Of a stretch of 64,000 nt of DNA, positions 19,103-28,508 are shown piece after piece. A program made the position numbers and the translations under genes. This stretch comes from an uncultured Pseudomonadales bacterium (GTDB lineage Bacteria > Patescibacteriota > Microgenomatia > UBA1400 > PJMF01), in the NCBI GenBank assembly GCA_964583795.1, contig CAZOWX010000002.1, positions 14,966-78,965 on the forward strand, given 5' to 3'. Numbering within the stretch: the first letter of the stretch is position 1; each line of letters begins with the position of its first letter. The notes under the pieces were generated by a model. It searched no databases. It saw only the letters and a list, made by a program, of their open reading frames with translations, and was not told the origin of the DNA.

Positions 19103-19986
19103 CCACAACGGCTTCATCACCAGCAAAAGTCATTTTATTTGGCGAGCATGCTGTGGTACACGGGCATCCTGCTGTCGTTGCTACACTTGGACTCAAGGTG
19201 AATGCCACAGTAGAAGATTCAACATCTTCATCTCAATATTCTGAATTTATACAAAATATTTTGAGAATATTTGAACAAAAGTATCAACGCTCAACGAACA
19301 ATCTTAAAGTAACAATTCACAGCGAAGTACCCATTGGTGGTCACCTCGGATCATCGGCGGCAACTGCGAACGCTTTGTTTCAAGCTCTTTTACAACATTT
19401 CGAAATTTCGTTTACACAAAATCAGTTGCTCGATTTAGTCTATAAAAGTGAGCAGTTTGCTCATGGAAACCCCAGTGGCATTGATCCAACTGTAGTTGTT
19501 TATGGTGGAATTTTAGCATTTCAAAAAAAAGATGGTGAACTTACATTTTCACACATTCACACAACCGCTTTTCAAAACACACCATTTTTCCTTGTCCAAT
19601 CCGGAACGCCAAAAGAAAATACCAAGGAAATGGTCGCAAAAGTACAAGCACTGATTGATGCTAATGAAGAGAAAAAACAGGTATTAGAAAAGATCGGACA
19701 ACTGTCGCAAGCTGTCACCCTTGATCTAAGACACAATAATTTCAACCCTATTTTCATAACCCAAAATGAACGACTACTTGAAAAAATCGAGGTTGTCGGT
19801 AAAAAAGCGCAATCAATGATCAGTCAAATTGAACTAATTGGGGGTTTTGCAAAAGTAACCGGCGGGGGTGGTTATCAAGAGGGAAGCGGGATGCTTCTCG
19901 CCCATCATCCCCAACCAGAAATTCTGCGAAACTTTTTGCAAACAAACAATTGGGAATTTTTTGATGTGAATCTAGGAGAACTATGA
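19099..19986 (+). CDS. mvk: Mevalonate kinase (GHMP kinase)
   Basis: SPAKVILFGEHAVVHGHPAVVA and PIGGHLGSSAATANA (GHMP motif II). Confidence 0.7.
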   Translation: MTTTASSPAKVILFGEHAVVHGHPAVVATLGLKVNATVEDSTSSSQYSEFIQNILRIFEQKYQRSTNNLKVTIHSEVPIGGHLGSSAATANALFQALLQHFEISFTQNQLLDLVYKSEQFAHGNPSGIDPTVVVYGGILAFQKKDGELTFSHIHTTAFQNTPFFLVQSGTPKENTKEMVAKVQALIDANEEKKQVLEKIGQLSQAVTLDLRHNNFNPIFITQNERLLEKIEVVGKKAQSMISQIELIGGFAKVTGGGGYQEGSGMLLAHHPQPEILRNFLQTNNWEFFDVNLGEL

Positions 19987-20954
19987 ACAACGTTACTGTA
20001 TCCGCACCTGGCAAGCTATTACTTTACGGCGACCACTCTGTGGTGCACGGACATCCCTGTATCGTCACCGCTGTCGATCAGCGAATGTACGTTACCGTTC
20101 AAGAAAGCGCTAAGAGACAACTTTGCGTCATTGCTCCAGATGTTGACACACAAAAATACGAAAAAGCAATTGCGCAACTAGGAGAAGGGACTACTCCAAA
20201 GTCGGTTGCTTTTATCGAACATTGTTACAAGCGGTTTTTAGAAAAACATCCACAATCAACAGGGATCGTAGTTACTACCAAAAGTGATTTTTCGTCACTG
20301 TTTGGGTTTGGTTCCAGTAGTGCAGTGACAGTCGCGTTTGCGAAAGCGCTAAGCACACTTTACTCTGTTACACTCTCAAATAAAGAGTTATTTGATCTTT
20401 GCTATAGCGCTGTCATTGACGTCCAAGGAGTTGGCTCCGGGTTTGACATTGCCGTCGCAATCTGGGGTGGAACAATTTACTATGTCAGTCCAGCAAAAAC
20501 TGTCGAGTCAGTGAATTGTCCTGATTTACCGCTCATTGTTGGATACACGGGTGTAAAAGCCGATACGCCAACGCTCATTCGGCAAGTTGCGCAACAAAAA
20601 GAAAAACATCCTGAAGAAGTTGAACACATCTTTCAAAGCATCACTCAAATTGTTGATCAATCCAAAGTATGCTTAGAAAAACAAGACTGGCACAAAGCAG
20701 GAAAACTCTTGACAGAGAATCAGCAACTGTTGCGAAAACTGCATGTGAGTAGTACAGTCCTAGACAATTTAATCAATGCTGCCAATCTAGCCGGAGCGTA
20801 CGGAGCAAAGCTCTCGGGTGCTGGCGGTGGAGACTGTATGATTGCTTTTTGCGATGCCGCTCATCACATGAGAGTGATTGAAGCCATCCAGAAAGCCGGT
20901 GGCACTCACATGAGTGTGAGTACCAATGCAACGGGGGTAAGGATTGAGAAATAA
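19983..20954 (+). CDS. GHMP kinase, putative phosphomevalonate kinase
   Basis: SAPGKLLLYGDHSVVHGHP, GFGSSSAVTVAFAKA; second GHMP kinase in the operon, exact substrate not resolvable from sequence. Confidence 0.5.
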   Translation: MNNVTVSAPGKLLLYGDHSVVHGHPCIVTAVDQRMYVTVQESAKRQLCVIAPDVDTQKYEKAIAQLGEGTTPKSVAFIEHCYKRFLEKHPQSTGIVVTTKSDFSSLFGFGSSSAVTVAFAKALSTLYSVTLSNKELFDLCYSAVIDVQGVGSGFDIAVAIWGGTIYYVSPAKTVESVNCPDLPLIVGYTGVKADTPTLIRQVAQQKEKHPEEVEHIFQSITQIVDQSKVCLEKQDWHKAGKLLTENQQLLRKLHVSSTVLDNLINAANLAGAYGAKLSGAGGGDCMIAFCDAAHHMRVIEAIQKAGGTHMSVSTNATGVRIEK

Positions 20955-21100
20955 AAAAATAAATTACTTTAAATAATAGAGTCAGATCCTCGATCTCGAT
21001 GGCTTCACTTGGTACGTCCAGGGCGAACCAGGTTCACTCATCGGGTCAAACCTACCTCGCTGGTAGACAGGTATGACAACGTTGAAGGAGCCACATACAC

Positions 21101-22081
21101 ATGCAAAAAGCCACAGCCAAAGCCTCATCGGATATTGCCCTCATCAAATATTGGGGGAAGAAAGATGAAATACTTCGTCTGCCCGAGAACTCGAGTATCT
21201 CTCTCATCTTGGATGGACTGGATACCACAACTACGGTAGAGTTCCAACCAGAGCTAAAAAAGGACTTTGTCACCATTTCAGGTGAAATAGAAGAAGGAGA
21301 AGAGGGGCGGGTGATCAAACATTTAGATCGCATTCGCAAGTTAGCAAATATTTCTACTTATGCAAAAGTTGTCTCGGACAATAACTTTCCGAAAGCAACA
21401 GGCCTGTCAAGTTCGGCATCAGGTTTCGCAGCATTATCATACGCTGCATCAAAAGCGGCAGGACTCAATTTGTCAGAAAAACAACTCAGCATTTTATCCA
21501 GACAAGGTTCCGGCAGCGCCTGCCGTTGTGCTTGTGGGGGGATCGTGCAGTGGCTCGATGGAGACACTTCTGAAACTTCGTACTCAAAATCGCTTTACGA
21601 TTCTCACTATTGGGACATTCGTGATGTGATAGCAGTAGTTGATGAAGGGAAGAAAAGCATTTCATCAACGGCAGGACACACCACAGCTCGAAGCAGTATT
21701 TTCTATCAATCCAGGCAAGATAATTTGCCAAAAAAAATCAAGGCTTTAAAAAATGCTCTGAAGAAAAAAGACTTTACACAATTGGGAGAGATTGCAGAAG
21801 GAGATGCTCTTGAATTTCACACCATTCTACTCACTTCTCACCCTGCTCTCATTGCCTGGTATCCCGGGACCATTGAAGTCATGCTCGCAGTGCAAGCGAT
21901 GAGAAAAGAGGGAGTAGAAGCGTATTTCACTATTAACACAGGGTTTAATGTTCACATTTTGACTCTCCCCGAAAATGAAAAGAAAGTGCGATCTCGGTTG
22001 CAAAAATTACCTTTAGTGCAAAAAACACTGATCGCTAAAATTGGTGAAAAACCAAAGTTTTTAACAAAGCACTTATTCTAA
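21101..22081 (+). CDS. mvaD: Diphosphomevalonate decarboxylase
   Basis: ASSDIALIKYWGKKDE...NSSISLIL, GLSSSASGFAAL motifs. Confidence 0.8.
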   Translation: MQKATAKASSDIALIKYWGKKDEILRLPENSSISLILDGLDTTTTVEFQPELKKDFVTISGEIEEGEEGRVIKHLDRIRKLANISTYAKVVSDNNFPKATGLSSSASGFAALSYAASKAAGLNLSEKQLSILSRQGSGSACRCACGGIVQWLDGDTSETSYSKSLYDSHYWDIRDVIAVVDEGKKSISSTAGHTTARSSIFYQSRQDNLPKKIKALKNALKKKDFTQLGEIAEGDALEFHTILLTSHPALIAWYPGTIEVMLAVQAMRKEGVEAYFTINTGFNVHILTLPENEKKVRSRLQKLPLVQKTLIAKIGEKPKFLTKHLF

Positions 22082-22088
22082 AAAAAAC

Positions 22089-22634
22089 ATGTCTGAAACA
22101 ATTGTAGAAGTTACTGAAAACGGAGAGATGGTGGGCCCTATTGATAGAGATGTGGCTCATCAAAAAAATATCCCCCACGCAATTGTAATGATTTTACTTC
22201 GAACACCAAAATCATCACCCCAAGCATTGTTTCAAGTTCGAGGGAAAAATGTAAAAAAATATCCAGGGTTTATTACGTTAACAGCAACTGGTCATATCAG
22301 ATATGAGGAAGGAAGAACGCTACAAGAACTTGCAAAAACAAATGCAAAAGAAGAACTTGAACAGGAAACAAAAGGTTTCGTTCTTTTGGGAGATATCGGA
22401 AAGATTGATTTGAAGCTGACAACCCAAGGATTCTTTTCTGATGGAGAAGAACGACAATATGTCTTTATTTTTACTGCTGAGATAGAGCACTTGCCACAAT
22501 TACAATCTGCTAAAAACGAAGAGGTCGCTCAACTGAAAATGCTTACAATCGATGAGGTTTTAAAGCTCGCAAAACAAGGACAAGTTACACCATTTGCTTT
22601 AGAAGCATTACGGTTGCTTAAATTAATTGATTAA
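22089..22634 (+). CDS. Nudix-fold protein (degenerate Nudix box)
   Basis: Nudix-like core ...TATGHIRYEEGRTLQELAKTNAKEELEQE; function unclear. Confidence 0.4.
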   Translation: MSETIVEVTENGEMVGPIDRDVAHQKNIPHAIVMILLRTPKSSPQALFQVRGKNVKKYPGFITLTATGHIRYEEGRTLQELAKTNAKEELEQETKGFVLLGDIGKIDLKLTTQGFFSDGEERQYVFIFTAEIEHLPQLQSAKNEEVAQLKMLTIDEVLKLAKQGQVTPFALEALRLLKLID

Positions 22635-22657
22635 AATCTTTTTACTTTCATAAATAC

Positions 22658-23200
22658 ATGCCTCTCGATGACGCTACAGAGCTTTTTTATCAGGTAGATC
22701 AACACGATCGCGAGATTGGACGGATCACTAGAAAACAAGCCCACTCAAATCCTAACATCATTCATCGTAGTGTTGCCGCATTAATCATTAACCAAAATGA
22801 TGAGATGTTATTTCAAAAACGAAGTCTACAAAAAGATATGAACCCTGGATTTTGGAGCTATGGTGTAGGGGGACATGTAAACTATGGTCAAACATACCAA
22901 TCAGCCATAGTTAGAGAACTACAAGAAGAGTTGGGGTTAATTCATCCTCAAGTTCGATTCCTCAAAAAAATTCTTGTCCCGAGTGAAAAAGAAACAGAGA
23001 TGAAATCAGTATTTGAAGTGCGATTAAAAGAAGTACCTCACTTTGTTTTGGATTCTACAGAAGTATCCGAAGTACAATGGGTGAGTATTGATAAAATTAC
23101 TCATTTTGTGAACACCCATCCATTTACTGACTGGACCATCATGACATTAAAACATACCGGGTATTTAGATGAAAACTTCATACAAAAAGGAGAAATATGA
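22658..23200 (+). CDS. Nudix hydrolase
   Basis: Nudix box GGHVNYGQTYQSAIVRELQEELGL. Confidence 0.6.
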   Translation: MPLDDATELFYQVDQHDREIGRITRKQAHSNPNIIHRSVAALIINQNDEMLFQKRSLQKDMNPGFWSYGVGGHVNYGQTYQSAIVRELQEELGLIHPQVRFLKKILVPSEKETEMKSVFEVRLKEVPHFVLDSTEVSEVQWVSIDKITHFVNTHPFTDWTIMTLKHTGYLDENFIQKGEI

Positions 23201-23898
23201 CAAAAACAAGCTTATCTAACCCTAAACATATTGCCATCATCATGGACGGTAATCGACGCTGGGCAAAACAACACAAACTTAAAGCTTTGCAAGGACATCA
23301 GTATGTCACCGACAAAGTAATAGAACCATTACTCGATGCTTGTGTAGAGCGAGGAGTGGAGTACTTAACTCTCTGGGCATTTAGTACTGAGAACTGGCAG
23401 CGCGACAAAGCAGAAGTTGAAGGATTAATGAAAATCTTTCGCAGCGCTTTTTCAAAAAGTGCTCAAGATTTATACAAGAAAGGAGTGCGTCTCAATTACA
23501 TCGGTGACATGTCGAAATTCCCACCAGACATTCAAGAAGGTGTAAAAAAATGGATGGATATTTCAAAGAATAATACGAAGATAACAGCCACATTTGCTCT
23601 CAATTACGGTGGTCATGATGAAATTATTCGAGCAATTCACAAACTCAAAGCAATAAACATTGATTCGCAAACAGTGACAGCGGATCAATTTTCAAGCTTG
23701 CTTGATACTGCCAAATTGCCAAACCCCGATCTGCTTATTCGACCAGGGGGAGAACAACGGCTTTCTGGTTTCATGCCGTGGCAGACAGTGTACACCGAGC
23801 TATACTTCACCGATGTTCTCATGCCAGACTTTGATGAAAGCGAACTGCAAAAAGCAATAGAGGAGTATCAAAGTCGGTCAAGACGTTTTGGACGGTAA
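23197..23898 (+). CDS. uppS: Undecaprenyl-diphosphate synthase (cis-isoprenyl transferase)
   Basis: HIAIIMDGNRRWAK, ...RPGGEQRLSGF motifs. Confidence 0.9.
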   Translation: MTKTSLSNPKHIAIIMDGNRRWAKQHKLKALQGHQYVTDKVIEPLLDACVERGVEYLTLWAFSTENWQRDKAEVEGLMKIFRSAFSKSAQDLYKKGVRLNYIGDMSKFPPDIQEGVKKWMDISKNNTKITATFALNYGGHDEIIRAIHKLKAINIDSQTVTADQFSSLLDTAKLPNPDLLIRPGGEQRLSGFMPWQTVYTELYFTDVLMPDFDESELQKAIEEYQSRSRRFGR

Positions 23899-23912
23899 AC
23901 AAAACCACTTCA

Positions 23913-24680
23913 GCGTCATCCTCGACCCGACAGAGAAATCCTGGCTACCAGCCAAGAGAGATCAGTCGAGCATCGGGGATCCATAAAAAAATCCCTTTAT
24001 AGAATCGGTCAACGTGGCTATTTTATCCGGTCGTACCAGAGCTCAAAATTCATAGTTTCCTGAATTAACATTGCGAGCACACAGTGCTCTTTTGACAAAA
24101 AAAACTACAGCTTGCTTAAAATGTGTAGAAATGAATCCCTGATGCTCGTCAAAAGAAGGCAGCAATTGGGGTGATCTTGTGAATTCCTGATCCCGCAGTG
24201 CGGGATCAGGAATTCACGATCTGACTGAACTGATTTGAAAAGTGTATCAGTTCAGTCAAGGGTGACAACTTTTTGTTTTTTTTGCTTTCGAAACGGATTT
24301 GCTAATACCCTTTTAATGGATTTACATTGCCTTAATGTTTTTTCTTGATCGTTACCCAGACAAACTGTAGTTGGAGAAATTGGCTCATTGGGTGAAGTCG
24401 TCACGATCATTTACTCAAGATTTTAAACATTAAGGATTCTGACTTTAGATCCTGAATCCGTCATGCTCGTACCTCGCTTGACTGTCCAGGATGACGAGGA
24501 TTATCTGAATAAAAAAGGTTTTAAAACACCAATGGAGAAGTGGTTTAAAAATAAGTAGAGAAGTGGTCTTCTATTTTATTTTTATGATTTAATTTGTAAA
24601 AAAGTTATCAAAGGTTACTGACTTTAGATCCCGATTTTCATCGGGATGACGACAGCTATTCAACTTATCACTTACAACTT
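23913..24680. repeat. Gene-free ~1 kb region packed with dispersed hairpin elements (75-bp element copy; CCCGCAGTGCGGGA hairpin; GTCATCCCGATGAAAATCGGGATC hairpin; GGATGACAAC+T-tract module)
   Basis: Direct comparison with copies at 696-990, 13470-13600, 14638-14690, 27560-27640 and 44380-44990. Confidence 0.7.
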
Positions 24681-24885
24681 GTAACTTTAATGGTTTTCCA
24701 CATCACATGTAATTCTTGCATATGGCTCGTTTAATTACGTCTCATAAGTATTCAACAAATCAAACAGCGCTTAAGTACCACATTGATATAGTTCGGGTTA
24801 TTTCTCCCCTTGTAATGTGAAAAGCGTGAAAATAAGAAATATTATAGGTTGTTAGCAGTTTCCCTCTTCTCTGCTAATCCTCAAC

Positions 24886-25173
24886 TCACTTTTTCTTTTC
24901 TGACTCTTGATCGAGTTTTTTTTGAATTTTGGTCAGTTGCATCGTTACTAAAACAGCAATAACAGTAATCACCGTGGCGTAAATAAACAACGATAACACA
25001 CCACTTCCCTGCCCCAAGTATGGTTTGATGTACACTTCAACCAAATTCTTAATAAACTCATTCCATGCCAAAGCAACCACAACTCCAAAACCACCAGTAG
25101 AAAGTAAAATCATTTGCGAAATCAATGCTCGTGGAAATTCACGGATATCATTTGGAGTTTTAAGACTTGGCAT
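24886..25173 (-). CDS. Small membrane protein (hypothetical)
   Basis: 95 aa, two hydrophobic helices, lysine-rich C-terminus. Confidence 0.3.
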   Translation of the reverse strand: MPSLKTPNDIREFPRALISQMILLSTGGFGVVVALAWNEFIKNLVEVYIKPYLGQGSGVLSLFIYATVITVIAVLVTMQLTKIQKKLDQESEKKK

Positions 25174-25227
25174 AGAATCCTTTTCGTAACGTATGAAGTC
25201 AATATATTAGCATAAATTGCGAATAAA

Positions 25228-25258
25228 ACAAAAAAGAGGGGCGAACCCCTCCTTTTTT
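25228..25258. terminator. Bidirectional intrinsic terminator
   Basis: gaggggcgaacccctc hairpin flanked by A-run 5' and T-run 3'. Confidence 0.6.
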
Positions 25259-25278
25259 ACATTAAGTCAAGTCGGATA

Positions 25279-26184
25279 CTAATTGCCACCTTTTCCTGCA
25301 TTGGGAAGTCCGATTCCCCCTCCCAACTTCTGATCAATCTTCGCTTTAAATGATGCCAAAGGTTGTGCACCAACTAAAGGCTCTTTTTCAATAAAGAAAG
25401 TCGGTGTTCCACCTGCTCCAACTCGCTGTGCTAAAGTAGAGTCTGCCTCCGTTGCTTTCTTGTACTTGTCAGATTTCACACACGATACAGCTTTGTCACC
25501 ATTAGCACCCGCCGCATTAGCAAGCTCTGCATACTTCGCAAACAAAGCATCCCCTGAAAGTGGTGTCCAAATGGCTTGATTGGTAAAGAGTTGATCATGC
25601 ATTTGCTCAGCCTTACCCTGCTCTGCAGTACATCGAACTAACTGTGCAGCTGAGTTTGCATTGGGGTGAAACGAAAGTGGCTGATCACGCAGCACGATCT
25701 TCATCTTTCCCGATTTCACATAATCTTCGACCAACTGCTTGTGGGTATCGGTATAGTACCGTCCACAAAATGGACACTGATAATCCGTAAACTCAACCAT
25801 AGTGATTTTGGCATTTTTATTGCCAATAACCATTACAGGATCTTTTTGAATTTCCTTCCAATCGGCATCGGATAATGGCGCTGCTTCTGGAGGTGCTTGT
25901 TGCTGTTGAGCAGCTGGCTGTTGGGCAACACTTCCTGATCCTCCACCGGCCCTCAAGGTTTGATTTTCTTTCCACATCGAACCAAACACAAAACCAAAAA
26001 GGAAAAGCCCTCCGCCTAAAACTAATAACAGAAAGTTGTTATTGATAAATGACAACATCGCAGACAAAGAATAATTGTTTGCCATTGGTGACGCGGTTGT
26101 TATTGATGGAGTATTATCCGAAACAGATTCCACTTTTACCACCCTTTTATTCGGCGCGCGGTCGACCGCTTTTTTTGTTGGCAT
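25279..26184 (-). CDS. DsbA-family thiol:disulfide oxidoreductase, membrane-anchored
   Basis: CPFC active site (EFTDYQCPFCGRYY); N-terminal TM helix; start set at MPTKK (ATG 26184) preceded by AAGGAG 5 nt upstream. Confidence 0.75.
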   Translation of the reverse strand: MPTKKAVDRAPNKRVVKVESVSDNTPSITTASPMANNYSLSAMLSFINNNFLLLVLGGGLFLFGFVFGSMWKENQTLRAGGGSGSVAQQPAAQQQQAPPEAAPLSDADWKEIQKDPVMVIGNKNAKITMVEFTDYQCPFCGRYYTDTHKQLVEDYVKSGKMKIVLRDQPLSFHPNANSAAQLVRCTAEQGKAEQMHDQLFTNQAIWTPLSGDALFAKYAELANAAGANGDKAVSCVKSDKYKKATEADSTLAQRVGAGGTPTFFIEKEPLVGAQPLASFKAKIDQKLGGGIGLPNAGKGGN

Positions 26185-26274
26185 ACTGCTCCTTGAAAAA
26201 TTCATCACTATTTTTTTATCGATCTCACTCTATCAAAAAAAAAGACGTGTGGAAAGCGGGAATTTGATTTTAGT

Positions 26275-26312
26275 TAACAGTAAACAGTGAATAGTTAATA
26301 GTGGGCCGTCAA
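26275..26312 (-). promoter_or_regulatory. Conserved upstream motif (copy 3, minus orientation) 5' of the DsbA-like gene
   Basis: Reverse complement cccactattaactattcactgtttactgttaac. Confidence 0.45.
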
Positions 26313-26394
26313 AGAGTTTTTCTAGTAGCTAGTTGAGAGCAAAGAATGTTTAGCTTCGTCACCATTGTCGATAGCAGTTCTGAGTACTATTTTA

Positions 26395-26440
26395 GTGTTA
26401 ACTATTAACTGTTTCACTGCTAACTGTCCTTTATCTTCCT
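26395..26440 (+). promoter_or_regulatory. Conserved motif (copy 4); with copy 3 forms an inverted pair flanking an ~80-bp spacer at the 3' end of trxB
   Basis: taactattaactgtttcactgctaactgtcc. Confidence 0.4.
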
Positions 26441-27432
26441 TCCAACCATCGCTCTGCATCCAGTGCTGCTTGGCACCCTTGTGCCGCTGCAGTGATCGCT
26501 TGTTTGTAGCGCACATCCACTGCATCTCCAGCAGCAAATACTCCTTCAACACTTGTCATTGTGGGAAATGCCACGAGCCCTTCTTCACTGAGAGCCGCTT
26601 GAGCTTGTTCCACTCCATTTTTTGTGGCACTGGTACGATTCACAATGTATCCATGCCCATCCAGTTCCACACTATTATCCAAAAACTGAGACGTCGGGCG
26701 ATGTCCAATTGCTAAAAACACTCCATCCGTTGGAACAACCTGCTCTTTCCCATCTGTCACAACTCTCAATCCTTCTACTTTTTGTTCACCGACGACTTCT
26801 TTTGTTTCAGTATTCCATAGCACTTTGATCTTCGGATGATTCAGCACTCGCTCTTGCATAATTTTGCTCGCACGAAACGCATCACGTCGATGAACAATCG
26901 TTACCGATTTGGCAAATTTCGTTAACGCCATTGCATCTTCCATCGCACTATCACCGCCACCAATCACAATCGTATCTTTTTCTCGAAAAAACGCGGCATC
27001 ACACACAGCGCACGTCGAAACACCGCGACCAATGAGTCGCTCTTCTCCAGGGATTCCCAACATTACCGACTCTGCCCCTGTGGCTATGATCACCGCTTTA
27101 GTCTGATACTCTGTTTCTTTTTCACCTGTCCCTATGTACACTTTTTTCACGGTTGGGTCGGAAAAATCAACTCGCTCAACATTCTTATACTCAACCTTCG
27201 CTCCAAAATGTTCTGCTTGCTTACGCATCTCATCCATTAGCTTTGGACCATCGACGCCATGTTCAAATCCGGGATAATTTTCAATCACTGTTGTCCACAT
27301 CAGTTGCCCACCGGCTTTTTCACCAGCAAGGATCAAAGGCGCCAAACTGGCTCTCGCAGCATAAATGCCGGCAGTGTATCCCGAAGGACCGGAGCCGATA
27401 ATGATAACATCATGGAGAGTGGGAGTGGACAT
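26431..27432 (-). CDS. trxB: Thioredoxin-disulfide reductase
   Basis: IIIGSGPSGYTAGIYAARA (FAD), CAVCDAAFF redox-active disulfide, GGGDSAMEDA (NADPH). Confidence 0.9.
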   Translation of the reverse strand: MSTPTLHDVIIIGSGPSGYTAGIYAARASLAPLILAGEKAGGQLMWTTVIENYPGFEHGVDGPKLMDEMRKQAEHFGAKVEYKNVERVDFSDPTVKKVYIGTGEKETEYQTKAVIIATGAESVMLGIPGEERLIGRGVSTCAVCDAAFFREKDTIVIGGGDSAMEDAMALTKFAKSVTIVHRRDAFRASKIMQERVLNHPKIKVLWNTETKEVVGEQKVEGLRVVTDGKEQVVPTDGVFLAIGHRPTSQFLDNSVELDGHGYIVNRTSATKNGVEQAQAALSEEGLVAFPTMTSVEGVFAAGDAVDVRYKQAITAAAQGCQAALDAERWLEGR

Positions 27433-27732
27433 AGCAGCTCCAAGTTAATTTCTAATTGACCGAATTGATCTAATTTCTAAAAAAATGCTTCCAAAGACAA
27501 CTCTTTAGAAGGATTGTATTTCTGTATTGCAACCGTAACTTCAAAATTCCTCAATAAATTTTTGAGTCAGATCCTCGATCTCGATGGCTTCATCCCGCAG
27601 TGCGGGACCAGGTTCATTCATCGGGTCAAGGATGACGGACACGTCCTAACTCGTCTAATTGACCGAACTTCTAAAGCTGCCCTCAAAAGGCTTTCCTTTA
27701 GAACAATTCGGTCAATTAGAAATTCGATTAAT

Positions 27733-28059
27733 TTACTTAACCTTCGCAATCATACTTTCATACCCGGCTTTTCCAGCAAAACCAACTTGGCGATCGACCT
27801 CTTGTCCATCTTTAAACATGACCACTGTTGGGATGCTCATCACCCCATACTTTGATGGAGTGGTCTGGTTCTCATCAACATTCATTTTTACAATTGTCAC
27901 ATCGTTTTGCTCTCCACTTAACTCATCCAGAATTGGAGCCGCCATCTTACATGGACCACACCACTCAGCATAGAAATCAACAAGAACCGGTTTATCGGAC
28001 TTGAGAACCATCGCCTCAAACTCTTCATCGGTGATGTGTGCTGCTTTTGCATCTGACAT
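27733..28059 (-). CDS. trxA: Thioredoxin
   Basis: WCGPCK active site. Confidence 0.9.
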   Translation of the reverse strand: MSDAKAAHITDEEFEAMVLKSDKPVLVDFYAEWCGPCKMAAPILDELSGEQNDVTIVKMNVDENQTTPSKYGVMSIPTVVMFKDGQEVDRQVGFAGKAGYESMIAKVK

Positions 28060-28158
28060 AGTTGTTTCTCATCGCATTTTTTCGATGAGCCTCCTTTTTA
28101 TAGTATGTAGTATATGGTATTTCGTATATAGGGATTGATTGCCTCCATAATCCATAAT

Positions 28159-28395
28159 CTAATACTTCAGTACTTCAGCCAAAACTGCATCAAGGTCTTC
28201 AATTCTTCTCTCCTTCGAACAGCGCATTGCTTCTGTCGTCAAAATTGATCGAGCGACACTCGTCAGTGAGTTTCGCGCCGCAATGACTTGTCGAACTATT
28301 TCGATGCACTCTCGGTCAGACTCATACATTTGAGTAATTCCGTTGATTTGACCGGCAATACGCTTGAGCTGGACTAAAACTTGATCAGAAGACAT
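28159..28395 (-). CDS. CsoR/RcnR/CstR-family (DUF156) metal- or persulfide-sensing transcriptional repressor
   Basis: 78 aa all-helical; two Cys (C30, C59) at the W-X-Y-Z positions with no His at C-4, i.e. CstR-like rather than Cu-CsoR-like. Confidence 0.65.
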   Translation of the reverse strand: MSSDQVLVQLKRIAGQINGITQMYESDRECIEIVRQVIAARNSLTSVARSILTTEAMRCSKERRIEDLDAVLAEVLKY

Positions 28396-28442
28396 TGTTT
28401 GTTTGGTTGGTTGTTGGTTGTTAGAAAAATAGCGACAAACTC

Positions 28443-28464
28443 ATTATACCCCCAGGGGGTATGC
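28443..28464. promoter_or_regulatory. Candidate CsoR-family operator (ATACCCCCAGGGGGTAT palindrome) about 50 bp upstream of the repressor gene
   Basis: Perfect GC-rich inverted repeat of the type bound by CsoR-family repressors (B. subtilis copZA operator TACCC-N-GGGTA). Confidence 0.45.
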
Positions 28465-28508
28465 GAGTCAATAGTAATCTTTCTTTTGTAGCATTCTAAC
28501 TCAAGAGC

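Noticed and set aside
15062-22000. Short antisense ORFs within mevalonate pathway genes (15062..15256, 16399..16964, 17159..17656, 19572..20014, 21052..21731)
   Set aside because: Embedded in the opposite strand of genes with clear enzyme motifs; not credited.
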